Assembly (NCBI GenBank): GCA_029838195.1
Contig: JALGVJ010000008.1
Span: 32,001 to 96,000, forward strand
DNA from: Promethearchaeota archaeon
GTDB taxonomy: Archaea; Asgardarchaeota; Lokiarchaeia; Sigyniarchaeales; SOKP01
Length of the DNA stretch: 64,000 nucleotides
Direction of reading: 5' to 3'
Both the position numbers and the translations under genes were made by a program. The notes beneath the pieces were generated by a model. It was not told the DNA's origin. It saw only the letters and a program-made list of their open reading frames with translations, and did not search any database. Shown here piece after piece: positions 52,716-63,852 of this stretch. The stretch's first letter is position 1. Every line of letters begins with the position of its first letter.

Positions 52716-54356
52716 ATGAATGAGATTTTAATTAAGCAAGGAACAATAATCGATGGAACTGGTGCAAGATCTTATAAAGCAGATGTATTAATAAGGGGGG
52801 ATCTCATAGCAAAAATAGGAAATCTTGAAAATCTTTCCATTTCTAAGAAGATCAAAGCCGAAGGATTAGTCGTGAGTCCTGGTTTCATGGATGTGCATTC
52901 TCATTTAGGTTTTTTGATGGCTTCCCCTCGACATTCCAAATTATTAGAAAATTGGACACGACAAGGCGTCACTACGATTGTTTCAGGAAATTGTGGATAT
53001 AGTCCCGCTCCTATTAATCCGGAGATGCTACCAGATTTAGAAAAATATTGGTATTTTGCCTTTCCAAAGGAAGGATTGCAGTTTAACTGGAAAACCATGG
53101 AAGATTTTTTTAATTATTTAGAAAAGAAGGGAATCTCTCATAATTTAGCCATGCTAACTGGACACAATACGTTAAGAGCAAATGTCATGGGATTTGAGAA
53201 TCGATCTCCCTCAAAAAGGGAAATGGATGAAATGAAGGAAATGCTGGAAGAATCGATTCGAGCTGGCTCAATTGGTCTTTCCTTAGGATTAGATTATGTT
53301 CCGGGAATCTTTTCGAAAACTGAGGAGCTCATGGAATTAGCTTCGGTATTAACGCCTTTTCAAGCACCTTTGGTTCCACATGCTAGAGGTTTTTTAGGAA
53401 ATTTATTTACCCAAGGAATGAGAGAAATTATTGAAATTGCTGAAAAGAACAAGATTCCATTACACATTTCCCATCATGCGGGAGGAGGGGTAAGCAGAGC
53501 ACGAAAAATTATTTCAGAAGAAATAATAGAAGCAATCCAAAGAGGGGTAAAAATTAGCCATGATAACATTCCCTTTCCCAATGCTTCAACCACCGTACTA
53601 AACCTATTTCCTCCTTGGGCATTTAGCGGTGGAATGAAAGAATTTTTTAATCGCTTGAAAGATGCTAATATTAGAGAGCAAATCAAAAAAGAAATGAGTA
53701 GCTTCACTCCAAAATGGCCTCCTTGGGAATATAAGTGGTGGACCCATAGAGGATTTAACAAGAATCTTTTCATCTTCGGACTCACCAAAAAAGAAAATCA
53801 TCGATTAAATCACAAGAAATTATTTGAGATTGCTGACATTCTTAATAAAGACCCCGCGGATGCATTAATTGATTTGGTTCTTAGTGAAGATGGCAAAATT
53901 TTTTATATTAGCGGTCAATTTGATAGTCCTCTGGGGGAAGATTATGTTAAAACCATCATATCTGATCCAAATTGTTCAATAGGCACTGATATCGTGGGAC
54001 TCGATTTTAATACCATTTCTCCCGTGATAAACGGCGCATTTACGAAAATCGTGGGAAACTATGTTCGAGAAGAAAAATTATTTTCATTGGAAGAAGCCGT
54101 ACGTAAAATCACATCATTACCCGCTTCTCAAATGCAAATCGAAAATAGAGGGGTAATAAAAGAAGGGTTTCATGCTGATATAACAATATTCGATCCGGCC
54201 ACTATCAGTTGCACAGCTTCGTATAAAAACCCTCATGTACCTCCAGAAGGAATTGAACATGTCATTATTAATGGGCAAATAATATATGAGCAAGGAATCT
54301 ATTATAATAATGTATTAGCCGGAAAAGTTTTAAGAAAAAATTACTCGTTTTCATGA
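52716..54356 (+). CDS. N-acyl-D-amino-acid deacylase family protein
   Basis: PGFMDVHSH, QGVTTIVSGNCG, LHISHH, and GFHADITIFDP. Confidence 0.88.
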   Translation: MNEILIKQGTIIDGTGARSYKADVLIRGDLIAKIGNLENLSISKKIKAEGLVVSPGFMDVHSHLGFLMASPRHSKLLENWTRQGVTTIVSGNCGYSPAPINPEMLPDLEKYWYFAFPKEGLQFNWKTMEDFFNYLEKKGISHNLAMLTGHNTLRANVMGFENRSPSKREMDEMKEMLEESIRAGSIGLSLGLDYVPGIFSKTEELMELASVLTPFQAPLVPHARGFLGNLFTQGMREIIEIAEKNKIPLHISHHAGGGVSRARKIISEEIIEAIQRGVKISHDNIPFPNASTTVLNLFPPWAFSGGMKEFFNRLKDANIREQIKKEMSSFTPKWPPWEYKWWTHRGFNKNLFIFGLTKKENHRLNHKKLFEIADILNKDPADALIDLVLSEDGKIFYISGQFDSPLGEDYVKTIISDPNCSIGTDIVGLDFNTISPVINGAFTKIVGNYVREEKLFSLEEAVRKITSLPASQMQIENRGVIKEGFHADITIFDPATISCTASYKNPHVPPEGIEHVIINGQIIYEQGIYYNNVLAGKVLRKNYSFS

Positions 54357-54665
54357 TCAAGGGGGATATCTCTTGTAAAAAAGCGTCTATAAATTAAGAT
54401 TTAAAAAAAGTTCTTTTTTTATGATATTGCTGGTATTCTTAAAGGGCGAGAAGTTATCGGAATTAAAACATCGTGTTTTAACGACGATTTTAAAGGAAAA
54501 ATCATTCATGTTTCAAATGAGCACTATTATTTATAAAAATAAATTCAAGAAATTTCATTTCCAATTATTGGAATTATACGTAAATTAGTTTTTATATCAC
54601 GGACTAATATTATAAAAAGAAAAATAGAATCGATTTCAATATAAACAAATTTCCAATTCGTATTA

Positions 54666-56792
54666 ATGTCGATAAAAAAGAAGGCTGAAGATGAGGAGGA
54701 AATCCATGTTTTCGAATTTTACGAGGTAGATCATGAACCTTCTCTTGAATTTAAAGATATTGCCAGGGCCAAATATAATGAAATTGATTTTGAAAACGAT
54801 CTGAATGAAGAGCAACTAACCATCATTAATAATCTTAAAGGTCCCATGCTTGTCATCGCTGGTGCAGGTTCAGGAAAGACAAGAACTATTGTCTATGCGG
54901 TGGCTAAGTTATTGTTATCAGGAGTCAAGCCCTCAGAAATCATGCTTGTTACGTTCACGAATAAAGCGGCTAATGAAATGATTAAAAGAGTGGAAACCCT
55001 TTTAGGAGAGCGCCCAAAAGGGATGTGGGCGGGTACATTTCATGCTTTAGCAAATCGATTTCTAAGAATTTACTCAAAAACAATAGGAATTAAACCAAAT
55101 TATGTCATCATGGATGAAAGCGATTCGGTAGCCCTCATGAAATTATCCATTGATTTAGCCAACGTGTCAGAAATTGAAGAACGATTTCCCTCTTCCAAAG
55201 TTGCGAAAAGCATCCTTTCTTATTCCATTAATTGTAATAAAACGATTAAGGATGTCATTCTATGGAAATATTCAAATTTCGATAATCCTAAAATCATTTT
55301 GAAGCTAGAAGAAGTTTATAAAATCTACAAGAAGAAAAAAGCAGAAGCTGGATTATTAGATTTTGATGATCTGTTAGTTTTTTGGAATCAGTTATTATCA
55401 GAAAAAAAAGTGGCTCAGTTAATTGCTAAAAACATCAAATACATATTGGTAGATGAGTATCAAGATACAAATTACATTCAAGATGAGATCATTTATAAGA
55501 TAATCTCACTTAATCCCGAGCGGAATATTATAGTAGTGGGAGATGATGCTCAAAGTATTTATGCCTTTCGAGGGGCTAATTACGAAAACATTTTGAATTT
55601 CCCAAAAAAACATGCAGATTGTAAGATTTATTACATCACGTATAATTATAGAAGCATTCCCGAGATATTAGAATTGGCAAATGATTCCATAGACCATAAC
55701 ATGCGCCAGTTTAAAAAAAACATGCGCCCCACGAAACCTTCCGGCATTAAGCCTTTTCATGTTCAAGTAGCGGATGATGATGAACAAGCTCTATTTATCG
55801 CTAATCAAGTTTTAAAATTGCTTTCTGAGGGTTATGAATTAAATGAAATAGCGATTTTATGCAGAGCGGCCTTTCATACATTTAAAATTGAAATGCAATT
55901 GAGAGCAAAGAACATTCCTTTTGAAGTGCGGGCAGGGGTTGCTTTTTTTGAAAGGGCCCATGTTAAAGATGTATTAGCTCACCTCCACTTGATTGAAAAT
56001 CCACATGATGAGTTGTCGTGGCATCGAATATTTTCTATGATTCAAGGAATTGGATCCTCTTCAGCTGTAAAAATTTTTACAGCCCTCTTGAATATCGAAA
56101 ATCCCATTGAACAACTCTGTTCCAAGGAATTTTATTCCACACATTTAAAAGGTGAAAGAATTCCTCAAAAAGGCATTAAGAACCTCATGAACCACGTTGC
56201 TAACATGAGACATTTTAGTTCTGAGGATAGACCCGAAGAACTGATAGTAACGATCAGTAAGTTTCTCGAATCTTACATTCAAGCTCGTTACGAAAATTGG
56301 CAAGATAGAATGGATGATCTAAAACAACTAGCAATATATGCACAAAATTATGATTCTGTTAAACGATTTTTGGACAGTTTAGCTCTTAATCGCTCCACTA
56401 TTGAAGCCAAAAGGTGGTTATTAGGGGACCAATCGGAAGAAAAAGCGCCTTTAATCATATCGACCATTCATCGTGCTAAAGGCTTGGAGTGGCGAGTAGT
56501 ATTTATTCCCATGTTGTGTGAGGGATTTTTTCCTTCCTCTCGTGTGTATGGAGATGGAGAGGCATTTGAAGAAGAGCGAAGAGTTTTTTATGTTGCTGCC
56601 ACTAGGGCAAAAGAGAAACTTTATCTCATCACACCAGCCATGATTCGAGGGTTTAGAGGATACGATATTCATGGTACATCTCAATTCATTTCTGAATTAA
56701 ATCCACGCGTGTATAAAAAAGCTACGGTAAGATTTGATTCGAAGGAAAATGAAAAAAATATAGGATTCACGTCCGCAGCGGATTTATTATGA
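54666..56792 (+). CDS. uvrD: UvrD/PcrA family ATP-dependent helicase
   Basis: AGAGSGKT, TFTNKAA, GTFH, VDEYQD, VGDDAQSIY, NYRS, STIHRAKGLEW and EERRVFYVAATRA. Confidence 0.93.
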   Translation: MSIKKKAEDEEEIHVFEFYEVDHEPSLEFKDIARAKYNEIDFENDLNEEQLTIINNLKGPMLVIAGAGSGKTRTIVYAVAKLLLSGVKPSEIMLVTFTNKAANEMIKRVETLLGERPKGMWAGTFHALANRFLRIYSKTIGIKPNYVIMDESDSVALMKLSIDLANVSEIEERFPSSKVAKSILSYSINCNKTIKDVILWKYSNFDNPKIILKLEEVYKIYKKKKAEAGLLDFDDLLVFWNQLLSEKKVAQLIAKNIKYILVDEYQDTNYIQDEIIYKIISLNPERNIIVVGDDAQSIYAFRGANYENILNFPKKHADCKIYYITYNYRSIPEILELANDSIDHNMRQFKKNMRPTKPSGIKPFHVQVADDDEQALFIANQVLKLLSEGYELNEIAILCRAAFHTFKIEMQLRAKNIPFEVRAGVAFFERAHVKDVLAHLHLIENPHDELSWHRIFSMIQGIGSSSAVKIFTALLNIENPIEQLCSKEFYSTHLKGERIPQKGIKNLMNHVANMRHFSSEDRPEELIVTISKFLESYIQARYENWQDRMDDLKQLAIYAQNYDSVKRFLDSLALNRSTIEAKRWLLGDQSEEKAPLIISTIHRAKGLEWRVVFIPMLCEGFFPSSRVYGDGEAFEEERRVFYVAATRAKEKLYLITPAMIRGFRGYDIHGTSQFISELNPRVYKKATVRFDSKENEKNIGFTSAADLL

Positions 56793-56998
56793 TTTTTTTC
56801 GAAATAACTTCAAAAATTATTAAAAACGTATTAAACGAAAATTAGAAATTATCCTGGATAATTATTTAAAAATAAACTTTTATGAGTAATTTTAAAAATT
56901 CAAAAGGAATCATTAGATCTCATTAATTAATCTCTTACTTTATCGTTCTTGACCATCATGTTAGCGGTCAAGAAGTTCAATATCTAATTAATCAGCTT

Positions 56999-58069
56999 CT
57001 AATCTACGTTAATGATATTATAACTGGCCGCTTTTCTTAATCTATTCATGATAGCCAATCCGATACCTTTAAGTGAGATCCCTTCCGCAATCACCACATC
57101 GACATTTTCCTCATCAAATTCTCTCAATAAGCGAAATAAGTTTCTTGCTATTTCAGTAAAATCGTTTCTATTTCCTGCTGATTTTATTACATCCGCATTA
57201 TACATGAACTTGCTCTCATTATTTGCTAAAATACCCACTTTTTTTCCTTCTTTCATGTATTCATGAGCAATTTCTTGAACTTTATTCATTATCTTTTCCA
57301 TCTTTTTCCCTTCAATGATGATTAGTTTAGCATTTGGAGCATAATGTCTATGTTTCATGCCGGGTGAGGGTATTTTTTCTACAAGAAGCGATTTTTCTGA
57401 GAGAACTGTGGGATGCAGTTCTACTTTTCCTAAGATATTTTTCAGTTGTTCAAGAGTAATACCTCCTGGTCTTAAAAGCATGGGAACGGCACTTGTCATG
57501 TCGATTACTGTCGATTCTACGCCAATATTGGTGGGACCTGCATCGATAATAGCATCAATCCTTCCGTATAGATCTTTTTTGACGTGTTCCGCAAGGGTTG
57601 GACTTGGTTTTCCTGCTAAATTAGCACTTGGTGCTGCAATCGGAACCCCTGCTTGCTCAATCAATGCTAAAGCCACCTCATGTTTAGGCATTCTAATAGC
57701 AACAGTATTCAAACCCGCTGTTGTTTCATTCGGAACGATCTTTGATTTTTTTAATATTAACGTGAGAGGGCCTGGCCAAAAATTTTCAATTAAAAGCTCT
57801 ACTTTTTCGGGTAATTCTTCAACCAAAAAATGAATTTCTTCCTTGCTGGAGACGTGTACTATTAATGGATTGTCTGCCGGTCTGTTTTTAGCAATAAATA
57901 TTTTCATTACAGCATCGGAATCGAGGGCATTTGCTCCGAGGCCATAGACAGTCTCTGTAGGAAAAGCAACGGTCCCTCCCTCTTTAATGATCTCTGCGGC
58001 AATTTTAATCACATGAATTTCTGGATTTGAGGGGGTTACCTTTAAAATCTTGGTTTCCATTTTCCTCAT
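56999..58069 (-). CDS. sua5: Threonylcarbamoyl-AMP synthase Sua5
   Basis: FPTETVYGLGA, KNRPADNPLIVH, APSAN, SPGMKHRHYAP and AIMNRLRKA. Confidence 0.95.
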   Translation of the reverse strand: MRKMETKILKVTPSNPEIHVIKIAAEIIKEGGTVAFPTETVYGLGANALDSDAVMKIFIAKNRPADNPLIVHVSSKEEIHFLVEELPEKVELLIENFWPGPLTLILKKSKIVPNETTAGLNTVAIRMPKHEVALALIEQAGVPIAAPSANLAGKPSPTLAEHVKKDLYGRIDAIIDAGPTNIGVESTVIDMTSAVPMLLRPGGITLEQLKNILGKVELHPTVLSEKSLLVEKIPSPGMKHRHYAPNAKLIIIEGKKMEKIMNKVQEIAHEYMKEGKKVGILANNESKFMYNADVIKSAGNRNDFTEIARNLFRLLREFDEENVDVVIAEGISLKGIGLAIMNRLRKAASYNIINVD

Positions 58070-58690
58070 TTTTTCCCTTTCCTCTAATTTTGAGCTCTTA
58101 TTAATTAAAATTTTGCTGTTAAAAATTTTAGACCATTTTATTTTCGCAGTCCCTTAAAATGAATGGTTCCAATGTTCCCCTAAGGGATTTTTATAAATAT
58201 TTGCTACTTTTAATTCAATAATGAGAGGAAAACACTATAATTTTTAATTAAATATCAGAATTTTTTTTTATGACCTTTTAGGTTGTCTTGGCTTTTTTGC
58301 TCTTCTTTAATATAGAGAAATATTTCTGATCACCAATTAGAATGCATCAGATTAATACTTGAGGCTCTTCTTTAAATCTCTTTTAAAATCTAAAGTATGG
58401 TTATCCTTAAATATTTTTTCTTAATGATAATTTGATCCATCTAAGATATAATGTTAAGCATTTCAAAGATTTAATAAAAAAAGTGTCATGGAAGTTTATG
58501 AAAGATTACATTGATTTGATATCTTAAGAGAACTAACCAAAATGGGGGCCATGCAGGAAAATTAAAAGTAAAGAATTGCCAGCATTTTAACCTTATTGAT
58601 AGTAGGTCATTCTTATTTAATGTTTTTAAAATTAGAAAAAATTAATTGCTCTTTACTTTTTTTCCTAAATCCAAATAAAATTGAAACCAA

Positions 58691-58933
58691 ATGAATTTTT
58701 CAAAAAAAATGTTCAATTTTCGATTTGTATAAGAACACAAAATTATTTCCTTATTAATTAGCTATATTTTGATTAGCTTAATCTATATTGTAATTGGATA
58801 TGTATCAAGAATAATTCAAGGGAAAGAAATTGTTTTTTCACCGATTATAAGCATTTTAATAGGAACACCTTTTTTCTGGCCCATGATGGTATATGCTGAT
58901 ATTATCCATGTTGGCCTTAAAATAGAAGATTGA
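58691..58933 (+). pseudogene. Degraded small membrane-protein gene
   Basis: MNFSKKMFNFRFV*EHKIISLLISYILISLIYIVIGY...GTPFFWPMMVYADIIHVG, a hydrophobic reading frame with an early in-frame TAA. Confidence 0.35.
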
Positions 58934-59151
58934 GCCAATTCTTTATTATATTCAAATTTCACCGATTCAAGATTTTTCTCCTATTATAAAATATATGATT
59001 GCGTTATCAGATAATAAAGTTTAACCTTGAAAATTTTTTATATCGTACAATTTTGTTCCATTATCTATTAGAAATACCCATTCACAGCTTCTATTATCGA
59101 GTAATAAAAAAATAATTAAATTTGTAAAAAAAAAGAATATTAAAAAATTAA

Positions 59152-60567
59152 TTAAATTAAACCCTTCTCTTTTAACGATTGAAGATATTTCTTTTCTTTT
59201 TCCTCGTGGATTTTATTCAATTCTTCTTTTTGCTTGATCCATTCAGGTCCTCCAAGCGGATAAAATTTCACCGCAAGCCCTCCAAGCAAAAGAATTATTC
59301 CAGGAATCACACTAAATGCCAATAAAATTCCAAAACGAGCACTAGCGGTCTGAATTGCTAAGGTTTCATCAAATCCAAACGCAACAGCGACCCATAAGAA
59401 TACTGCGGGAGCAATGGATATGGCGGGTTTTTGAACGAGCGCCTCCGTTCCAGCGTATGTAGCTTCTCGTCGCTTACCGGTTTTAATCTCATCATAATCC
59501 ACGACATCTGCAAAAACCATTTGGCCCATTAAATAATAGCCTGAAAATGCTCCGCCGATTAAAATTAATCCAATGACTGCAGTCGCATAAAGTTCTCCTA
59601 ATATTAAAAAGGAGATAAAGCCAACTCCCATTAATATTAAACTAATCATGAAGGCTCTTTTAAGACCCCATTTTATTACGGCTCTATACCAGATCGGCAG
59701 AAAGATAATAATCATTATGAAGAACAACAGAATGGGTAGAAGGGCTAAAAATCCCGTGACTTCGAGAACAAAATCAATGTAGTAAAAGGTTGCTGTTCCT
59801 AAGAGTTCTTGAGAAAAATAAAAGCAGAAATAGGGAATCAAATAGATGAGAAATGGTTTGCTGCTGAACGTAGTTTTAATTGCCTCAATGAATGGCATGG
59901 GTTCTTGAAGAACTGTAAATTTATTTTCGGTGATATAATAGGAGCTGATAAAAAGTAAAATTCCGCAGATCACTCCTATGATTACCATGAAAAGAATAAT
60001 GGGCATGTTTATCCCTTTTTCTTCCGTGCCCGTGAAAAGTAATAAAGGAATCGTCATGGAGATGAGACTAGACAAGGTATTTGCCACGCCTCCATATGTC
60101 ATCAGTTGTCCTCGCCCCTTTGATGATAAAGCCATTTCGGCTGGTAGAATCCAAGTTACCATTAAAATTATGGTAATCATGGTATCAATCGCAAAAAGTA
60201 CAAATATGAAATATAAAAAGAGAGCCATTTGATTATTTAAATCTACTAATGGGATCCAACAAATAATAAATGCAAGAGCGAAAAAGGGAGCACCAAATCG
60301 AATGATGGGAATTCTTCGTCCATATTTCTCACTATGTATTCTATCTTCAATGTAACCAATGATAGGGTCATTAATTGTATTCCAAATTAAAAATATTACC
60401 CATCCAATAGAAATTAGTTGTGCGGATAATCCCAATATGATATTATAGTAATACGTTATAGCGATCATTGGAATTCCGCCGAGAAGATTGCCGGAGAACT
60501 GTGCAATTCCAAACCCAAGTTTTTGGCTTAAAGGAATTTTTTCTTCAAATTCTTCAATATTGCTCAT
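59152..60567 (-). CDS. MFS transporter, GPH (MelB-like) family
   Basis: WNTINDPIIGYIEDR, YGRRIP and DYDEIKTGKRREATY. Confidence 0.9.
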   Translation of the reverse strand: MSNIEEFEEKIPLSQKLGFGIAQFSGNLLGGIPMIAITYYYNIILGLSAQLISIGWVIFLIWNTINDPIIGYIEDRIHSEKYGRRIPIIRFGAPFFALAFIICWIPLVDLNNQMALFLYFIFVLFAIDTMITIILMVTWILPAEMALSSKGRGQLMTYGGVANTLSSLISMTIPLLLFTGTEEKGINMPIILFMVIIGVICGILLFISSYYITENKFTVLQEPMPFIEAIKTTFSSKPFLIYLIPYFCFYFSQELLGTATFYYIDFVLEVTGFLALLPILLFFIMIIIFLPIWYRAVIKWGLKRAFMISLILMGVGFISFLILGELYATAVIGLILIGGAFSGYYLMGQMVFADVVDYDEIKTGKRREATYAGTEALVQKPAISIAPAVFLWVAVAFGFDETLAIQTASARFGILLAFSVIPGIILLLGGLAVKFYPLGGPEWIKQKEELNKIHEEKEKKYLQSLKEKGLI

Positions 60568-60691
60568 GAACTCATTCTCCTAGGTTTTTTTATTCATTAG
60601 ACTTCATAAAATTGAAATGAGTTATGATGGATCAAGGAAAGAATTTATTTAAATATGTGGTACCATGAAAATGATATCATGAAAAAGTTCG

Positions 60692-61975
60692 TTATTTCAT
60701 AGGCAAGAGATTTTTAAATGTAGATTTCCAATCAAAATCGGGAGCGACTTCTTGAGATTCTTTTAACAAGGGTTGGATGGATTGAATATCCTTGAACCCG
60801 CTGCCTGTTATTAAGCACGTAATTCTTTCATCGGGCTCAATTAAATTCATGTCTAAAAGCGGTTTAAGTGCTGCGATGGTCGTGCAACTGGAGGGTTCTG
60901 CCCAAATTCCTTCTAAGCTACTTAACATTTGACTGGCAGCTAAAGTTTCTTGATCGGAAACTGTTATTGCCGTTCCTTTTGAATTTTTAATGGCGGGGAT
61001 ACCCAAATAGCAATCTAATGGAATATCATCTGCTAAAGCGGTTGAAATGGTTTTTATTTCTTTCCAAGGGTGTTCGAATAAATAAGAGGGGGATAAATTG
61101 TTCTGGATCGCTTGTACAAAAGGAGCGCAACCTTCAGGCTGAATCGCAAATAATTTGGGGATTTTATCAATGAAGCCTATTGTTTTTAATTCTTTAAATC
61201 CTTCAAAAATAGCGCTTAATAATCCTGACCCTCCTACGGGGATTATAATGGCATCGGGAAGCGCATTTTCTTCATTGAAAAATTGGATGGCAAGTTCATA
61301 AGCGATTGTCTTGGCACCATTGATAATGAATGGGTTATACACGCTTGCTGTTATTAAATTTGCCATATTAAATTCCGTTTTTGCTTTTTCCACGATTTCA
61401 GAAATGAATTTGGTAGAATCTGACTTGATTTTAATAACATTTCCGCCGTATATTTTAATTTGAATTATTTTTGCCTCAGGAGCAATGGATGGAATGAGGA
61501 TGATGTTTGGTAAACCAGCTCTCGCGGAGTATGCCGCAACAGCGGCACCGACATTTCCAGAACTCATGGTAATCACCGATTTCTTATTCATTTCCACGGC
61601 TTTACTCATGCCCATCGAAATCTGCCTGTCTTTAAAAGAACCCGTGGGATTGAGAAATTCTAATTTTAAAAATAAGTGGGAAAATTCGAATTTTTTAGCC
61701 AATCTTTTCCCTTTCAGCAAGGGCGTGTTTCCTTCTTTTAAGGAAATGATATTCTTCTTGTTATTGAGAGGTAAAAAATCGAAAAAAGTCCACATAGATG
61801 AGATTTTTAACTTAAAAAATTCGGTTTTCGACCATTTTTCTTTTAATTTCTCTTCATTCATGGCAATGGAGAGAGGGCCTACCTTACATTTAGGACATTT
61901 TGAAAGTTCCTCATTTAATTTAAAATAAGTCTCGGAACAATTGGCACATTTAAAAAAATACTTTTTTATCATCAT
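60692..61975 (-). CDS. thrC: Threonine synthase (PLP, fold type II)
   Basis: N-terminal CxxC-CxxC, EGNTPL, NPTGSFKDR, SSGN, PVGGSG and TGSGFKD. Confidence 0.85.
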   Translation of the reverse strand: MMIKKYFFKCANCSETYFKLNEELSKCPKCKVGPLSIAMNEEKLKEKWSKTEFFKLKISSMWTFFDFLPLNNKKNIISLKEGNTPLLKGKRLAKKFEFSHLFLKLEFLNPTGSFKDRQISMGMSKAVEMNKKSVITMSSGNVGAAVAAYSARAGLPNIILIPSIAPEAKIIQIKIYGGNVIKIKSDSTKFISEIVEKAKTEFNMANLITASVYNPFIINGAKTIAYELAIQFFNEENALPDAIIIPVGGSGLLSAIFEGFKELKTIGFIDKIPKLFAIQPEGCAPFVQAIQNNLSPSYLFEHPWKEIKTISTALADDIPLDCYLGIPAIKNSKGTAITVSDQETLAASQMLSSLEGIWAEPSSCTTIAALKPLLDMNLIEPDERITCLITGSGFKDIQSIQPLLKESQEVAPDFDWKSTFKNLLPMK

Positions 61976-62134
61976 TTTATTTGGTTTTTTATAAGAATTG
62001 GGGATGTTAAATTATAAAAATGAATGATATAATGATTAAATTAATGAAAACCTTGAAGGATATTCTCTTTCGTGTGAACTTTTATTTTTCTTTTAAATAC
62101 CCTACTAACAAGATTATATTAAAAATGAAAAAAG

Positions 62135-62638
62135 TTAAAGAGGAGCTTTATTGTAGGAAAATTTTTTAATAAATTTTGGTAAGGTAAATTCAATATAATA
62201 TAAAATTGAACAATTTAATTGTAAAATTCGAGTAATAAGAAATAATTCCAAGGGAAGTGTAATGAAGCTCTCAAGTAAAACTCCAAGAAAACCGGTGATA
62301 GTAGCTAAAAAAATAAATTTTCCTCTTAATTGCGTTTCTTTTTTCAAAGACGTCATCGCTCGTAATGAGAAGATTATCGGAATGATTAAATGTATAATTA
62401 AGATTGTTCCAATATACATCATTTTAAGAAAAGGGAATTGAGGATTTAAAGGATCATTAATGGCCATGATACCACTTGCTCCACAGAAAAAGAATTGAAT
62501 ATAATAGTGAATTTTAAGAACGATAAATAAGAAAAATACAGGCATGATGTAAATTTTTTGATTTTTTTCCAATAATAGAGCATGACTCCTTATTACTCTT
62601 TCATCCTTAGGTGTTCCTAACATCGGCTCAGCCTCCAT
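62135..62638 (-). pseudogene. Multi-pass membrane protein, probably 5'-truncated at the island boundary
   Basis: Hydrophobic C-terminal helices (QLRGKFIFLA...TRIL...FTLPKFIKK). The N-terminal ~25 aa look non-homologous and abut the foreign segment. Confidence 0.45.
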
Positions 62639-62715
62639 ATTTAAATCTTTCAGTAAATTTTTACACCAAAAGCTTTATTAATTATTTTACCTATATTTAT
62701 AAAAAGGTGGTAAAA

Positions 62716-62893
62716 ATGGGAGAAATCACTGTGCTTAACAAAGCTACTACAAAAAGCAGGTCTTTAAGAACCACCATTCCCATGAGCATTGTTACGCAGG
62801 TTAACCTTTCAGAAGGAGATAAGCTTAATTGGGAAATTAATTAGGGCTGAAGGTAGAGAGCTGATAATCGTTGTGAAACCATTAAGGCAGTGA
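62716..62893 (+). pseudogene. AbrB/MazE-type DNA-binding protein, frameshifted
   Basis: MGEITVLNKATTKSRSLRTTIPMSIV...LSEGDKLNWEI continues as [16 protein letters not shown] if one AATT of the tandem at 62835-62842 is removed. Confidence 0.7.
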
Positions 62894-62897
62894 AAAG

Positions 62898-63120
62898 ATG
62901 ATAAGAATTGAAAGATCCGATGAGCATGTTGTTGTTAAAATAAAGAAAGAGGTTACAGTTCATTCCTTGAGGCATTCATTTGCCACCCATCTGCTCGAAA
63001 GTGGAGTTGATCTGAGATAAATTCAAGAGTTGCTTGGTCACAAAAGTTCAAAAACTACAGAGATTTATATATGCGTTCCAATGAAAGATTTGGGAAAAAA
63101 AAGAAGTCCGTTAGATATAA
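62898..63120 (+). pseudogene. Tyrosine recombinase (XerD/integrase) C-terminal remnant
   Basis: [42 protein letters not shown]...SPLD retains HxLR, LGH and the catalytic Tyr. It has an in-frame TAA, and most of the gene is deleted. Confidence 0.85.
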
Positions 63121-63163
63121 TGGCCCTTATCTTCTCTAGCGATGGACATGCGGAGAGGCAAAG

Positions 63164-63559
63164 GTGCACTTTAACGATGCGAGAAAACACGCACAGTCAA
63201 CAAATGTTAATTTAGAAAGAGAGTGGAATAGAAATTTCATAAAAAAGGAGAAGGAATTCATAAGGGTTCTTGAATCGCAAGAGAGAACCTTGGATGATAT
63301 TGAAAATGAAGAAATGGTTGATGTCCTCCACAAAGTTCTCCTGCTCTGGAAAATTGGTAGAAAAGAGGAGATGAGAGATGTTCTTGTGGAAACCAGATAC
63401 GGAAAGAAGGAGCCATTTTACAGAGTTGCCCAGATTATATCGGAAACTCTGCCCATGGTAAGCAAAGAGAAAAAGCTCCTTGATGGGTTCTTAGGCACAA
63501 AAGATAAATTAAGGGATGAGATTAAAAATATAAGCAGGCAAAAGAGGTTGTTTGAATGA
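63164..63559 (+). pseudogene. C-terminal fragment resembling DUF1156-family DNA methyltransferase tails
   Basis: VDVLHKVLLLW..G...ET.YG..E.FYRVAQ.ISETLP..SKEKKLLDGFL recalled as a DUF1156 protein C-terminus. No MTase motifs are present. Confidence 0.5.
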
Positions 63560-63852
63560 AGGCCCTTAAAGAGATAAAAGATACACTCGCAGCTCATGAA
63601 GAAGAAATCAGAAAAAAGTATGGAGTGGTTATTTTAGGAATATTCGGATCTTATGCGAGAGGGGAACAGAATGAGCTTAGTGATATAGACGTACTTGTTG
63701 ATGTGGAAAAACCCATTGGTCTCAAGTTTTTTGAACTATGGGATGAACTTGAAAATCTTTTAGGGGTGAAAGTTGATCTGCTCACCATTAAAGCGGTAAA
63801 GCAAAAACCAAAGCTTTGGGAAAGCATAAAGGGGGATGTTATTCATGTTTAA
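63556..63852 (+). CDS. Minimal nucleotidyltransferase (MNT) antitoxin
   Basis: IFGSYARGEQ..SDIDVLV...KVDL. Confidence 0.92.
   Translation: MKALKEIKDTLAAHEEEIRKKYGVVILGIFGSYARGEQNELSDIDVLVDVEKPIGLKFFELWDELENLLGVKVDLLTIKAVKQKPKLWESIKGDVIHV

Noticed and set aside
56946-56974. 9-bp inverted repeat TTCTTGACC...GGTCAAGAA between convergent uvrD and sua5
   Set aside because: It is a single occurrence, plausibly an ordinary terminator or stability hairpin, with nothing further to support it.
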